A DNA stretch of 64,000 nt from Eledone cirrhosa (GCA_964016885.1 OZ024743.1:361088001-361152000); one strand, 5' to 3'; positions 1 through 14,398 are shown, counted from the first letter of the stretch. Notes: generated from the sequence alone by a model not told the origin. Numbers and translations are program-made.

Positions 1-1621
1 TAATAACATCATCACAGATGAACAAGCAGCTGGAAAGAAAGGGGTTTGGGGATGTGCTGAACAACTCCTAATCAACAAAACTGCGATGTCGGAGGTGCGA
101 CAACTTCGGAGGAATATGGCTACAGTCTGGCTGGACTACAGGAAAGCTTTCGATTCTGTTCCCCACTCTTGGATGATAGAGGCCTTCCAACTTGCTAAAG
201 TTCCAGACATTATTGTCAGAGCCATAGAGAGGCTGTCTTATTCGTGGGCTACTATCCTAAGGTAAAAGACAGTGAGGGAGGACTCTATTTTCACTGATAA
301 AATAAAATATTGCAGGGGAATATTTCAGGGGGGAGTGTCTCTCTGTGATGTTATTCATATTGTCATTAAAACCCTTGTCCTTTCTGCTCAAGAAATGTGA
401 GGGATACATCATTGGCTCACAGTAGGACAGAAATACGAACCTAACTCATAATTTCTTTGTGGACGATCTGAAACTCTATGCCAAAGACATGGATGGGATG
501 AAGAAAAATCTTGACCTGGTTACAACGTTCTCAAAGGATATAGGAATGGAGTTTGGCCAAGATAAATGCTCATACATGACTGTAAAGCGGGGAAAAACAA
601 CAACCCAATCTAGCAACATTGTCATCAATAGCCTAAGTGTTTCACCGATATCTGATGAGGACTGCTACAGATACCTGGGGATAGATGATAAAATATCCTA
701 TAATGGTATCTGTAATAAAGAACGCGTAACCAGGGAATACTACACCCGATTAAGAAAGATCTGGTCATCGGAACTCTCTGCACAAAACAAAACAGTGGCT
801 CACAATATCTTTGCTGTGCCTGTCCTAACGCCAACGTTTGGAATACTCAATTGGACGATAGACGAAATCCGAGCAGTTGATGTTGGAACTCGAAAAATAC
901 TAAACAACGCAGGAAACTTCCACATTAACAGTGACAAGTCTATCTGCATGAAACAGATAAGATCATGAGAGTTGGGAAGGAACTCCTCGAAAGATATTCT
1001 CTGTATGATAATCAAAAACTCACACCCAGGGATGGCGCTCAGCACTATCGCAGTGAATCCATGAATGAAAAACTGCATGATTATCAGCAAAAAATGTTGC
1101 ATGGAGATGTTGCCAGGAAGCTCTAGAGTGAGAGTAATATAGATAAGGAAAGTAGTCTATTTTGGACCAACAACCGCTATATTGGCTCTCACTCTGAAGG
1201 ATACGCTTTTGCAATCCAGGAACAGGAGATTAGCACGAAATGCCTGATTCACAAAAAGATAGGGATGCAGGCAAAACACCTAGATGTGATAACAAGTGCA
1301 GACTCTGCAGAACTAACATCGAGGATATCACCCATGTCATCAGCAGCTGTCCAAAGATGTCATCGCGGTACTATCTACCTATGAGGCATGATGTAGTGGC
1401 CAAACCACTGTACAATGCAGTTCGTAAAAACGATAGCCCCGATAATAAACACATTAAAAGCTACAACAATGTGGAAGACATCCATGTACATAATATGAAA
1501 GAGCACTGGTGGAATGTTCCAGTAAAAATCCCAATAAAATGCAGGCATAACAGACCAGATATTATGATATGGGACAGGGAGAAGAAAGCATGCACAGTAG
1601 TGGAAATTAGCTGCAGATGCT
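1..1621 (+). mobile_element. Frameshifted non-LTR retrotransposon with restriction-like endonuclease (R4/Dong/NeSL-like); runs off the window start and is truncated at the 3' end
   Basis: RT motifs WLDYRKAFDSVPH (~128-166), GIFQG (~316) and FVDDLKLY (~456). These are followed by a CCHC knuckle CRLCRTNIEDITHVISSC, then RHD and HNRPDIMIWD...VVEISC (PD-(D/E)xK RLE) in ORF 1240-1623. Multiple frameshifts and stops. Confidence 0.85.
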
Positions 1622-2049
1622 AAGCATATACCCATGCACACACACAACTCAAAAGATACACATACACACATACAATAACATCCATATCTACACATGCATG
1701 CATGCATACATAATCTACCTTGTTGATGTTGTGTAAATTCCAATGAGAGAATCTATTGTGTCTATGTTAGAAACCGACTCACTCTCTATTGGGAACAAAT
1801 TTGTGAAATTATAAAACCAGATGAACATACATACATACATACACTCATACATACGTACGTACGTACGTAATTTTTATGAGAGTACTTTCAGGTTGGCAAG
1901 GACCTTGAAGGATTGAAATGTTGTTGAAGCAATTGAATGCTAACTTACAGCTTAACTCCGTACCGTGCACGATGCATGGTGGGGAATTAAATAGAATAGA
2001 TTCTGGCTGCAGATGATACCAACGATAAAAAAATTATTTTTAGGTTTAT

Positions 2050-3620
2050 CCTTCCCCAATACCACATCTATATTCTCAAAATTGCAACGAATTGTTGGGA
2101 GATCCAAAAGACAACCTTTTGAGCTGGAGAGAACACTTAAGTAAAATTTGAACTAGCCTCATCGGGTCAATGAGGTGTGTATTGATTCAAATCTTAGTTG
2201 GCTTACAAATGATGTACTAGCAGAAAGTCCTATATTGGAAGACGTGGAAGTGACTGTAAAACAATTTATTAATGGGAGATCGCCATGGACGGATAGTATT
2301 TGAGCTAAAGTATTGAAGTGTTGAAGCCTAAACATTTTTCGACTTCTTACAAGCGTGATCCTTAATATTTGAGAGGAAGAGAAAGCGTTCCCCAAGACTG
2401 GATAGACGCTCTATAGTGGAGTATCATTAAGGAAAAGGTGCAAAAGATGATTGTGGTAATCATTATGGAATAGCTCTTCTGTCAGTGGTGAGAAACGTCT
2501 TGCATAAGATCATTTAGGACAGATTGATTCATAACATCAGTGATAAAGTTCGTCCTCTGTCGCAATGTGTCTTTAGATGTGGTAGGCTGACAACAAATAT
2601 GATCTTATCTGTGAGGCAACTACAGGCGAAGTGCATTGAAAAGGGAATAGATTTGCATTAGGTTTTGTTGACCTAACATAAGCTTTTGCTATGGTAAATA
2701 AGACTTCCCTTTTGGAAAATTATGATTGCACCTGGTTGTCCCGACACGTTCGTATCAGTTCTAATAGGCTTTCCTGGTGGTATGTAAGCTTGAGTCAATA
2801 TAGGCAGGAAGGATTTCCCTGTGGTTGTTCAGGAGATTGCACACATCGAATATAGATCTATTATCCTTCGACGTGCAAGTTGTTTAACATCAGATGATTT
2901 GCTACCAAACCAAGAGTGATTATTTCTTTAATACGTGAAGTTATTATGCATATGACTGTAATTTTGTTGCTCACCCCATCAGTGACATTCAGGATCAGAT
3001 GGATTTCTTTTCAGAGGCAGGCAGCACATTAGGTCTGACAATGGCTAAAACAATTTTCCTGAATCAACTTGCTTCGGGCAAGGATTTCACCGAGTTTAGC
3101 ATTTATGTATATGGCGAAACGTTGAATGTTTTGGATCATTTTGTGTATTTAGAAGCACAGTTAACATAACAAATACCCAAATACAACTAAAGAAACAAGT
3201 GATCCTTTCAGTAAATTAGATGGACGTCTTATGTGTCGAGATGGAATTTCTATTGATACATCTTATGCATGTGTAACCTTATGCATGTGTAACCTGGGTC
3301 AGATACCAGCGAAACAGCAAATACTTGAACATCAACCTTGTCTACGTCGAATACTGGGCATTATTTGGCCATCACATATGGGTGGTATTGAAGTGTTGGA
3401 ACGAAGTCATTTCGAATGCATTGAACCTCTCATAATTTAATATAAATTACGTTGGAGTGGCCGTGTTGTACGAATAAGAGATCATCGTATTCCTAAGCTG
3501 TTAGTCAAAGGCAAACGGCCAAGTCATATAAAGACTGCATCAAATGATTGTTTTTAATATAACAAATCAGAGAAGATAACTGGGTTGATATTGCTTTCGA
3601 TCGATCATTTTAGAGAAAAC
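2050..3620 (+). mobile_element. Highly degenerate RTE/BovB-like LINE relic
   Basis: Broken motifs CGNHYGIALLSVV (~2452), DLT*AFAMVNR (~2669) and C-terminal LRWSGRVVRIRDHRIPK (~3446); many stops. Confidence 0.7.
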
Positions 3621-3727
3621 CAATGCTTAATGGAAAATCGGAGAAGCCTGTAAAATCTGGTGTGGAACATGAAAAAATAAAGAGAATTCTGCGAAAGGTT
3701 CTGTACGATATTATTTTACATGAATTT

Positions 3728-3910
3728 AGGGCGGTCGATTGGCAGTATCGGTAGAGGGTCGGACGCCATGCTTTGATGCATAGAGTTACGGCCCTTGTCA
3801 TTCTGAGTTCAAATCCCGCCGAGGTTAACTTTGCCTTTCATCCTTACGGGGTATATAAAATAAATATATGGATAATTGCTAGCCTTGTGCGAAAAGTAGA
3901 AACAATTATT
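3728..3910 (+). mobile_element. tRNA-derived SINE (family A)
   Basis: Pol III A-box-like TGGCAGTATCGGTAGA, B-box GAGTTCAAATCCC, body GCCTTTCATCCTTACGGGGT, tail GTAGAAACAATTATT; at least 8 copies in the window. Confidence 0.85.
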
Positions 3911-3935
3911 TTACCTTAATTTACAGGGGGGGGGG

Positions 3936-4115
3936 AGGATTGGCAGTATCGGTAGAGGGTCGGAGGCCATGCTTTGCAGCATAGAGTTACGACCCTTTAC
4001 AGTCTGATTTCAAATCCCGCCGAGGTTGACTTTCATCCTTACGGGGTCTATAAAATAAAGTACCAGTAATGCACTAGGATAATTGATGGCCTTGTGTCAA
4101 ATGTAGAAACAAGTA
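3936..4115 (+). mobile_element. tRNA-derived SINE (family A), tandem second copy
   Basis: Same head, body and tail as 3728-3910. Confidence 0.85.
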
Positions 4116-5136
4116 TTTTACATGAATTTTTCATATGCGTACAATTAGGTGCAATGAGTGTGGCCGGATTTGTCTCAGTAAAGCTGGTCTCAGAATTCAT
4201 CATAGATGCCCTGTACAAAATTTTCCTAACTTTGGTCTCTTTCCCTTTTACAGTTGGAAGTGTGAAAGACAATGTGCCTCAACTGATGGACACCAACATC
4301 ATTTGAAAGCTTAGCAAAACAAAACAGGGAACTGAAGTGGATGTAATGTTCATCGCTGCAAAATATGCCGAAAGGAATGTAAATCTTTGGAAGGGCTGAA
4401 GAGTTATTTTCGTGCGACCTATGTGTTTGAGGAGGATCAAGTAGTGGCTATTCTTGATATCGAGATGCACCATCATGTATGTATTCACAATAAGAATTTC
4501 TCTCTGAAACCTTGAAGTCTCCGGTTATACGTGCACAACAAAAAATAAATTTCCTTTCCGTCTACCTATTAATATCACCCATGCCAGGGTAAAAGGTGAA
4601 TGTAAAATGATAAAAATTATCATTAGATGTGTCTCATATATACATACTCACACACACAATAATCATATTCACACTCATATATACATATAATCATATATAC
4701 ATATACTCATATATACATATACACACTCATATATATATACACTCACACAAACAAAATTTTACTTTTCTCTCTCTTTTATTCTCTCCTCCCTTCTCTCATT
4801 CTCTCGACATATATCTCTCACACTGACACCTATTTCTCTCTCTCTCTTTCTCTCTTCTATCTATTTATTTAATCTATTTAAACTTCTATCTAGACTTGGT
4901 AAGTCATATCAGAGAAAGAGAGATAGATAGATAGAGAGATAGAGAGAGAGACAGTGAGAGAGCGAGAGAGAGAGAAAGAGAAAGGGAGAAAGTAAGAAAA
5001 AGACAGAGAAAATAAAAATGCCTGCCTACATATTGGTAAATGTATGTAAAATTACAAATACGTTAACTGCAAGATGGCATCTTAGCAATACTAAACATAT
5101 ATTTACCTTTCTAACTGAATTTACATACACACACAC

Positions 5137-5194
<58 letters not shown>

Positions 5195-5334
5195 ATATAT
5201 TATATATAATATATATATTAAATATATGTGTGTGCCTACGTGCTTGTATGTGCACATGTGTGTTTCTCTCTCTCTTCTTACTCTTCTTTCTCTCTCTCTC
5301 CACACACATATATATACGCACACACACACATACC

Positions 5335-5374
<40 letters not shown>

Positions 5375-7229
5375 CAAACATGTGTACATTTAAAAATGCA
5401 TTATAAGTAAAGACCAGGAAGTATGAAGTTTCAGAATTTCGATATTTTTTTATTTCTTCCTTTTTTTTCTTTTTTCTTTTTTGTCAACTTGCGTGAGGAT
5501 CATACAAGATGAAGAACTCGAATCTAGATTCGTAATTAGCTTGAGAATGTTTGCCAACTGATTTAAATGTGTCTACAGAAGCTGTAAAAATACAAAAACA
5601 AAATAACTAACATAATAATAAACAGAAAATAATCGATGAGTGAAGTACTGATTATTTTCAATGAAGTATCATCATAGTTGTTTACACAAAGTTTTATACA
5701 TTACTACTATAAACATTATTCAAAAGTAAAGCAATTTACATTTGTAATTTCCCTTACTTCATCCACTCATTTACATTTCTGTCAATGACCTACCTTTCGC
5801 TCGGCTTTTCAACTCTTACTTCATTTACTTCATTCTCTGGATGATTTCGTATTATCTTACTGAATGTAAACGATTCAATAGTAGCACTTGACAAATTATC
5901 TCAACAGTAATTCGCTGTATATATTCTAAAATCATTTTAGCGCCACCTTTATCATTTTTAAACAACTATTATACACGCTCGTGTTTGTAATTCATTCCTG
6001 AGAGTAGCACTTGTGTCTCCATTAATATGACATTTTCACTTTGCTTTGTCTACGTAATGTAAATTTCGTAAAAAAATATCTTTTACATCGTATGCGTTAT
6101 TCAAGAGATATTCCTGCTTGGAGAAAATTAACATGAACACAAGGGAAGAAGATACAGACTTTTAATTTAAAACATTCAATTTTGTTACCACTCACGAGAT
6201 GTGATAAACAACTTAAATCATAATGCCACAAAAAACATTTTCGTATTATACGATGTTTACACATTTGTACGAAGTTTTAAATGTATGACTAATTTACGTT
6301 CACGAACAAAGGATTAGTTTAGAAATTGTAGCTTTGTTTTACATTTCGAAGTAGCATTGGCAAATTTCCTGGGTAATATTGAAAACGTTCTACTTTGAAT
6401 CGTGTACAGACATGTAACATATATGTTCTAACATATAGTAAAACAATGTAAATGACAAATACAATGGAAAACAAAGAATTGATGTCAATTTCATTTAATA
6501 TCTAAGTAGGTGTAAGCTTGCAGGCATCTTAGGAGAAGGGTTGCGTACCTTTATATCGATTGTTAATGTCGTTTATCACCAAGAGATAGGTATGAAGTAA
6601 ATTTGACCTTGGTGGTATTTGAAACTCCAGGGCATTTTGTCTGACAGTATACCGATTCTACTTCACACAATCATAAACGTAATAAGGATATATAACAGAT
6701 ATAACAAAGCTTCAGGTTGTTGGGTGTTCCACTTAGAGTGTATTATATCGAATTTAGTATGTGACGTGTTTATTTATTTTATATACTTCAGAAGGATGAA
6801 AGATAGGTAGGCATTGATAGGATTTAAAATTAAATGGACATACATAAATAGGGAGACCGTGTTTTTTTCTGATCCTCTAGCGGTTCCTCCAGTTCCCGAC
6901 CCCTTAATGTAAAAATGTAACAATGTCTAGCATAGTCAAGTGGCCTGAAATTTTAGAGGGAAATGGAGATTGTAGCAACAATTAACCAGTAAATCGTGCT
7001 TGAAGGAAATCGATCTCCGAAGGTAAAGGGATGGAACTGATATACCAAGTCTTTGCAACATGCTTTAACAATTCGGCTAATCCATGAACTTAGTAATAAT
7101 GGTTTTTATGTAGGCACAAGGCCAGTAATTTTGGGGAGTGGGGAAAGTCGAATAAATCGGGGTCAATGCCAAGCGATGGATTTCTGGAAGTTTTCTATAG
7201 TCGCCGGATATAAAGTCCTCCAGAACAAA

Positions 7230-9258
7230 CTGGTCAGTTCGACTTAATCGACTCCCAGAGTCTCTCAAAGCACACCTGTTTTTTGTTGAGACAAAATATT
7301 TGGAGATGCCGCAGCCTCATTAGCCACGGCATACCCAGCTCTCCGCGTAGAGTGTGCTGGCAGCAGATGGGCCGGCTCACCAACGGAACCTGTCCCCTCC
7401 AAAAGAAGTTGAAGAGGAGCCGCTACAGTTTGGTGATACACGAACGGGAGCAAGGCACGATGGTCAAGCGGTAATAGATGAAGGACGTGATTTAGGCGTT
7501 CTCCACCTTCGCCTGACCTTCTCGGTCCGTTTATGGGTGAGAGTTGCCACCCTGCTCGTTACCTGGAACTCTTGCTCGAACCAATCCTCGAGTGGGTTCA
7601 CCGGTCCGTCCCGTCTAGACTCCACTGACACTGCAAACGTCATAGATTTTCCTCTCCAGGTACTGATCAGCATATTCACCTATTTTGTTGGTTCAGTTTT
7701 ACTCCCGTCAAACATTCCTATTCTTCTAAGAAGTTGCCGACTACATTGATTTCGGTGGTATTTAACACAATCATGGTGAGGTACTCCGAATATGGTGAAG
7801 CTGACTTCTACGTCTCGGTCTCTGTGGGAAAGCCTGCAACAACTCCAGCTTCCGTAGTAAAGGCTAGAGAGTCAGTTCGTAGAGAAGGGACAAGAGAAAG
7901 GGCATATTTGACGGGCAGAGCGTTCTATCTGTGATGATTCCAATAGGTGGCTATTGTCTTTTACAACCGAACAGATTATGAGGTGCATTGCAGCGATCCA
8001 GCCTCTGAAGACGGAACGAAGCCGGCTGTCTTCAGGAGAGAGTCCAGGAGTCGAAGGTCGACGCGATCGAAAGATTTCGATTCATCCAAATAGGTCAGAG
8101 CGCCCTCCCCCTCCCCATCTCTATTATGTCTATGATGCATTGCATGAAGTGGAGGTTGTCGTGTAAAAATCTGTCCGGGATTGTACAACTCCCCTTCCAG
8201 ACACTGAAAGACCAGCGCCAACCTCATTCTTAGCACCTTGGCCAAAATCTTTAGCTCTGTATTTAACTCAGTTGTGGTTCGGAACGTATCAATTTTTTCT
8301 CGTCTTTCCCCGTAAGCGCTACTACGCCACGACGTACAGAAAAGGGAATACTCCCGTCGTACTTCCAGTTGCAGCAGACGGCCACTAGGGCCCAGCAAGT
8401 TCCTCTGTTTCCTGGATCACGTCACGAGCCTTATTTCTGAAAAAGCAGTCTTCATATTTCGCATTGATGTAATGATCTAATGCCATTCTCGCCACTAGGT
8501 CGTCGGATACAATGCCATTACTACTCCTCTATTCCAATTCAGTTACTAAATCCCCACCAATGCTACTTTTGTTTACTAAAGGCTATAGATTTTACTCTCA
8601 TCTCTCTATTGATATGACCCCTTCACCACTTGTTGTTAACGACGCCCTGTCAACCTTCGTATAACTAAAGTGATAATCTGGCCGTAGTAGGCTTTAAGCC
8701 CCTGGAACGATGTGTTAAGCTTTATGTAACCTTGTCCCTGACCACGTTTTCTATATAGGTCGACCATGCTGATCACATATTTGTGATCTGAATAGTTGAC
8801 CGCTTGGAACACACTATGCTATCCCTGTTCCTTGTCCTAATGAAAAACCTATCTATCAACGATCTAAATGATCTAAATGATTGGGATTGGTCCACACTGG
8901 TTCATTAGGGTTATCTAGTCGGTACATGTCAGACATCTGGAAGTGCCTTATCAAATGCTTGATTCTTTTTCATTCACGCTTCTATCTGCTACTCCCACAA
9001 ATCCCAATGTGTGTCCAAACAAAAGACGAGACGTTCCAAAAAGGCTTCCAGAGACCTAAAGAAACCCGGCCGTCCAGTCATGGTCGGGGCGTAGTCGGCT
9101 AATAGTCTAAATGTACCACACCTACTGTTGCTCAGGACCATAAAATTACTGTCCGAGTGCAGGAAGGTCGTACGTACCACGAGAATCAGGCCGTCCTTAA
9201 ACAGCATTGCCACTCGCCTAGCATTCCAGGTCGACGAAGAGATGCGAAGAATTCCTAA
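7230..9258 (-). mobile_element. Degenerate Tx1/L1-like LINE ORF2 (3' part, interrupted by a DNA transposon)
   Basis: FRTTTELNTELKILAKVLRMRL and LDESKSFDRVD (RT, ORF 7976-8398); APE-endonuclease-like FRLLADYAPT...FFRSLEAFL (ORF 8989-9300). Confidence 0.7.
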
Positions 9259-10975
9259 CACCGTGTAACATATTTTTTGTTCCCCCTTTCTAAGTGTCAT
9301 TTACAAGTTTGTTATATCCCATTATTATGAAAAAACACTATTATTTAATCAGAAATTTGGGTTTGTGGTCAGGAGTTTGATATTTCGAAATTTTCATATA
9401 TTTTTCAAGAAAAAACACATTTTTTTTAAATTTATTCAGTTCATATAATTAAATCAACAGAGTATATATTTATTTTATTACACACGCTTATCAAAAGCAA
9501 ACAAGTAAAAACAAATAACACTTATAAAGCAACTTATACACGTCAGAAATGACTGGATTTCCTGGATTTGCGGTTGTAGTCCACGTCGCATTCCCGCACT
9601 CGCCCCCATATATAGTCCCCCATCATTTCTTCATTGTAGTGGCCCTGGTACTTCTGCTCTATCTCTTTCACATCTTGGTTGAATCGTTCGCCATGTTCTT
9701 CTGAGTAGGCGCCCATATTGTCCTTGAAACTTTCCAGGTGAGCGTCCAACATATGGAGTTGAAGCGACATCATGCATCCCATGGCGCCAAAAGTCTTTAT
9801 CAGATCCTGCACCAGTTTCTGGTACTTTTCAGCTCTGTACTTGCCCAGTAAGCCCTTAACAACTGCCTTGAAACAGTTCCATGCTGTTCTCTCAATCCTA
9901 TTGAGCTTATTGGAGAATTCGGTAAACTCAAACACCTTCTTTATCTGAGGTCCAACAAAAATTCCACCTTTGATTTTCGCCTCAGATAATTTGAGGAAGA
10001 ATTCAAGAAGGTACTTAAAATCGACTGATTCTTGGTTGAGAGCCTTCACAAACTGCTTCCTCAACTTAATGTGCAGTGGCGGCATGAGCACAATCCTGGG
10101 ATCAACCAGTGGCTCCCACATGACGGGTCCCAACTACACATTCTTTTCGCTGCTACCAGTTCTTTCTTTTGTAGTGGTCAGAGGTGGCTCTGCAGTCCCA
10201 AAGGCAGAGGAAGCATTGGAATTTGATAAAGCCTCCTTGGAGTCCAAGCAGGAAAGCCACCATCTTGAGTCTCCAATGATTTCCGAATTGTACTGGTTGT
10301 ATTGCAGAGCTTCCAAGAGGACTTTCACACTGTAGTAATCTTCCTTCAGGCAGACTGAATGAGCTAGGAGCGGTGTCGGGAACTTGTTTCCATTGTGGAG
10401 GAGGACAGCCTTCGAACTCGTGGTGGAGCTGTCTATAAAATAGCCGCCACTCCTTGGGCACAAACAGCACCCCAATAACGTCAAACAATCCAGGCACGTC
10501 ATGACCATCCCTAAGAGTGTAAAAGCCTGAGAAAGGTTCGTGTTGACTTCTCTGACTTGTCACCTGCACTTCCTCCTGACCAAGTTCCACTGCTTCATCC
10601 TGGAGTCGAATAGCTCTGCATTGAGCTCTGAACCATATCCCTGAGCAAGTCATTGACTTCTTTTTGGTTTGGGAAGTGAGGAACTTTTTCTGGTACCACA
10701 GTATCAATAAATCTCTTTAATCCACTTTTTAACAATTTTATACTTTATTGCACTTTTATAATTTTCTTTAGGTATTACTCTTTGCTTTATAATTTCAATT
10801 TAACATAAGCAAATTAAACTTACATACAAATAATTCTAGTGAATAGCTTAGAATTTTTACAAAACCAAATTTTTTACTGTTTAATAGCACTTTTTTATTT
10901 ATTTGGGACCTAAGCAACACAAAAAAGTGATTTCAAGCCAGGAACAGAGAAAAACTATTTTTTTGTTACACGGTG
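9259..10975 (-). mobile_element. Chapaev3-like (CMC superfamily) DNA transposon with TIRs
   Basis: Terminal inverted repeat CACCGTGTAACA at 9259-9270 and TGTTACACGGTG at 10964-10975; left flank TAA; internal transposase relic. Confidence 0.75.
9543..10707 (-). pseudogene. Frameshifted Chapaev3-type transposase
   Basis: FIDSSTTSSKAVLLHNGNKFP, KMVAFLLGLQGGFIKFQCFLCLWDCRA, PPLHIKL..KQFVKAL, AKIKGGIFVGPQIK and MSLQLHMLDAH...GAYSEEHGERFNQD spread over three frames. Confidence 0.8.
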
Positions 10976-11110
10976 ATTATAATCGCACAAAATGAGGGCA
11001 TATGCGTGTGTGTCAGAAGTCCTGGTCTCGCTGACGGCAAACAGGTAGTGACCTGAGATCGTTCAGCAAGAGACATTGCTTCTTGGGTGACCCCAGGCCA
11101 TGAACATTTA
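10976..11110 (-). mobile_element. N-terminus of the APE endonuclease of the Tx1/L1-like element split by the DNA transposon
   Basis: Minus strand reads NVHGLGSPKKQCLLLNDLRSL and, after a frameshift, AVSETR, matching the NVxGL...(Q/S)ET start of APE domains. Confidence 0.6.
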
Positions 11111-11249
11111 TGTAACCTACTTTTAGAATTGCTGTGTTGGTTGTTTAGATTTGAAAGAATAAAAATGGGGTCTGCTTACTTATTGAGTGTTATTTGAGAT
11201 CTGGAGGTTGTTTCTTGGGAACTCCTTTAATATCTTACAATTTTACGGA

Positions 11250-12560
11250 AGATCTCCATACACTCTGTGACATTTTGAAGGTACTGGTGGCAAGATCTCC
11301 ATATTTATCTCAATCTCCTTACTTCGTGCTATGGGAGCCGCTGTTCCACCAGACTTTCTTGGTTAATGATTGCTTTCGTTATCGTTTGTTATTCCATGAA
11401 AAGGGAGACAATCAACTCAATATATTTGCTGCTCGACACTACCATGGTAACGTCATCGACATATGCTGTCACTGATCTGTCAGATCTTAAATCGTGCGGG
11501 ATGCCTCTCAATGACTCCAGTTTCTGTATCAATGCATACAACAGAGACGGTGGGTTCAACGTTGTGTGACAGAGCGCATGAGGTTTAAAGTGTCCGAGAG
11601 GTGGCCGTTTACTCTGATAACGGAGCAGATGCTGCAGTGCGTGGCATCGATCCTTACTCTGTAAACGGTTCCGAAGTCGGCCTCCTTCAGGACTGGCGTC
11701 AGGAATTAATGCTCGGCCCTATCGAAAGTATTCGAGTAATCTAAGTTGGTCAGGGCCCCACCCTAACCAGGTTACTTGTTCAATATCTATGATGCATCAA
11801 TTAGAAAAGATGTTGCCATGGATAGCTCTTGTCGGAATAGCGTATGATTGCGCTCCCCCTACCAGATTACCTACAGCAAGCGCTAAAGTCATTGTTAACA
11901 TCTTGGCCTAAATTATAGACTCTACGTTTAGCAGTTATTGGGCTTGAATTATCTACATGGTACCATACATTAGAGTTCTCACTCAGCAACCCCAGTGCTC
12001 CTCGGCACACCAAAGTGGGATTTCTGCTGTTTTGCTGTCAATTGTTTTAGGCAACCGCTAAAATGCCGTAGAAGTAGCCTGGTATGCTTGCATAAAGCTC
12101 GTAGATTACCCAAACAAAGGGATTTTCTTCTCAAACAACTACTCATTGGGTCCCATAATTCATCGGCTATTATCTGTTGTTTTTTTTAACACTCAGCCGA
12201 CCTCTCTAAGAATCGTGACATGTCGTCAGGGTAGGCAAAAAAATCTATCTCTTTATCCTGTTCACTATCGCTCCAGAACAGGTGAGAAAAATGTTTCTGA
12301 AAAGACACTCACATCTGCTTGGGATTGAGTACCATGCGCTTTTTGAGGCACGCCACAGACCTAATTGTGGATTCGTTGCAACGTCGTGACTCAGCCATTC
12401 GAGCCCATCTAAAGGTACGCTTCGTCGTGTGACAACGCAGCCTTCGTGCTTCACGTTGAAGCATTGTACGAGTGTCCATCTCTTCACGATCACATCGGCG
12501 ACATTGCCTTTCCCTAACGCCTTTTCTTTCTAACTAGTTCTCCTTCTGATCAAGTTTTCT
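11250..12560 (-). mobile_element. Second degenerate Tx1/L1-like RT fragment
   Basis: Minus strand AYVDDVTMVVSS (~11430-11466) and GALTNLDYSNTFDR (~11717-11760). Confidence 0.65.
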
Positions 12561-12724
12561 CTATCGCTAATCCTTTATTAAAACTTGTCAATTCTACTCT
12601 AATTGCATATTTCATGGTACACCACAATCTGTTGCTCATTATTGCCCCGGCAACGTCCTCTTAACTAATTCTCTATTCTGATTTTTAATCTTTTGATGCC
12701 GGGATCGATGCGTTTAGTTTCTTC

Positions 12725-12897
12725 TAACTGGGTCTCTGTGTAGCGGATCCATTTCGACCATACAGATCCGAAATTCGGACACTCTATACTAGCCTCATCT
12801 GCTTCTATACTAACTGGGTCTCTGTGTAGCGGATCCATTTCGACCATACAGATCCGAAATTCGGACACTCTATACTAGCCTCATCTGCTTCTATACT
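12725..12897. repeat. Perfect 86-bp tandem duplication
   Basis: TAACTGGGTCTCTGTGTAGCGG...CTGCTTCTATAC starts at 12725 and again at 12811. Confidence 0.95.
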
Positions 12898-13554
12898 GAA
12901 TACCCTATCTGAATAATCTTGATGACCAGATACCGTGAGTCAATGTCCGCATTGGCATGTTCGGGAAATATAGTTGGAAATGTACAACAACAACAATAAA
13001 ATATTTGCAGTAACAGCTACAAAAGTTTAACATAAACTGTTTAACATAAACTGAAGAGACATGGACAGTTGTGTCGCGAACGGCCAAACCTGTCAAATTA
13101 GAAAAGATTTCGGTCAACATACCTTCAGGCTATTTCCTCTCGTTGGTGACTCGAATAAGTGTGAATCTTAAGAAGTCTAAAGAGAATAGCTGCTTCTTCT
13201 GGCCGTTTAATTTAGATCTATTATTCTTTTTCTACTTGGATAAAGTCTTAGAATAGATCAGACATATTTTTGTGAGACTCCTCGTCCCATCCATCATATT
13301 TTCCTGGAGCTTGTGACCGATAACGTCTCCAAAGGTAAATTGTTGCTGATGTCAACATTTTGCCATTCAGAATAATGTATTGACCAACATTTTTTTAATC
13401 TTTCAAATGTACATCTATAACGTAAGTATTTAATTTGAAACTTTGTCCTCCACAACACGTTTTATCTTAAACGATCAAACTAACAATATCCTAAAAGCTC
13501 ATTAACTGAATTGGAAGATTTTTCTCAAGCCTCAGTCTATGAATGACCAACATA

Positions 13555-13555
<1 letters not shown>

Positions 13556-13585
<30 letters not shown>

Positions 13586-13649
13586 CTTCTTCTTCTTCTT
13601 CTTCTTCTTCTTCTTCTTCTTCTTCTTCTTCTTCTTCTTCTTCTTCTTC
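13556..13649. repeat. (CTT)n microsatellite
   Basis: About 31 perfect CTT units. Confidence 0.95.
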
Positions 13650-14187
13650 ACACAAACATTATCACCGTCACCAAATCACCAACTAATTTATTTTCTAAAT
13701 TCTTCATCCACTTTATCTTCTACGTAACGAATGCAAAATCGATTTTATAGAAAAGAAAGAATTCGTTTACAAAGTAAACAGCACATAGGAGAAATGAAAT
13801 TCATGATTTAGAGTGAATATCAATTCGAGACATCTGTTCTAGGTGAGAAGTATTATTAAGTGCTGACAAAACTTACAATAAGTAATATATCCCAGGGAAC
13901 ATATAGGATTTCTAGAGTTAGGGAATACATCATAATATAACAGTCAGACGTCATTATTATTACTCCGCATTGGCATTGAGTATTACGTAGCAAAGACTGT
14001 TAGACTGAGAAATATTTCGAACTAAAATATCGCCATCAAACTAAAAGGAAACAAAAGTGGTTAACTGACAGATTTAAAGATTCGAATAAAGAAACATAAC
14101 TTTTCCATATGATATAGGAAATAATATATTTTCCCTTCTTCATATGACTGTATTTTATCATCTGTCAGAATGAGATGATGAGTAGAG

Positions 14188-14230
<43 letters not shown>

Positions 14231-14352
14231 TATAATTCTTCGTGTGTTCAGTATCTGAAATTCCAATGTGTTTAGTCAATTTGTTTACACACATATAAAC
14301 GCACACACACACACACCCACACACAAACGCACACACATACCCCCCCCCCATG

Positions 14353-14398
<46 letters not shown>

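Noticed and set aside
3738-3822. tRNA gene
   Set aside because: A and B boxes are present but there is no cloverleaf; it continues into the SINE body and is multi-copy.
4629-5410. ORFs rich in YI/HT/CV repeats (also 34337-34742, 45900-47102, 53815-54467 and others)
   Set aside because: These are translations of (TA)n, (CA)n and (TACA)n microsatellites, not genes.
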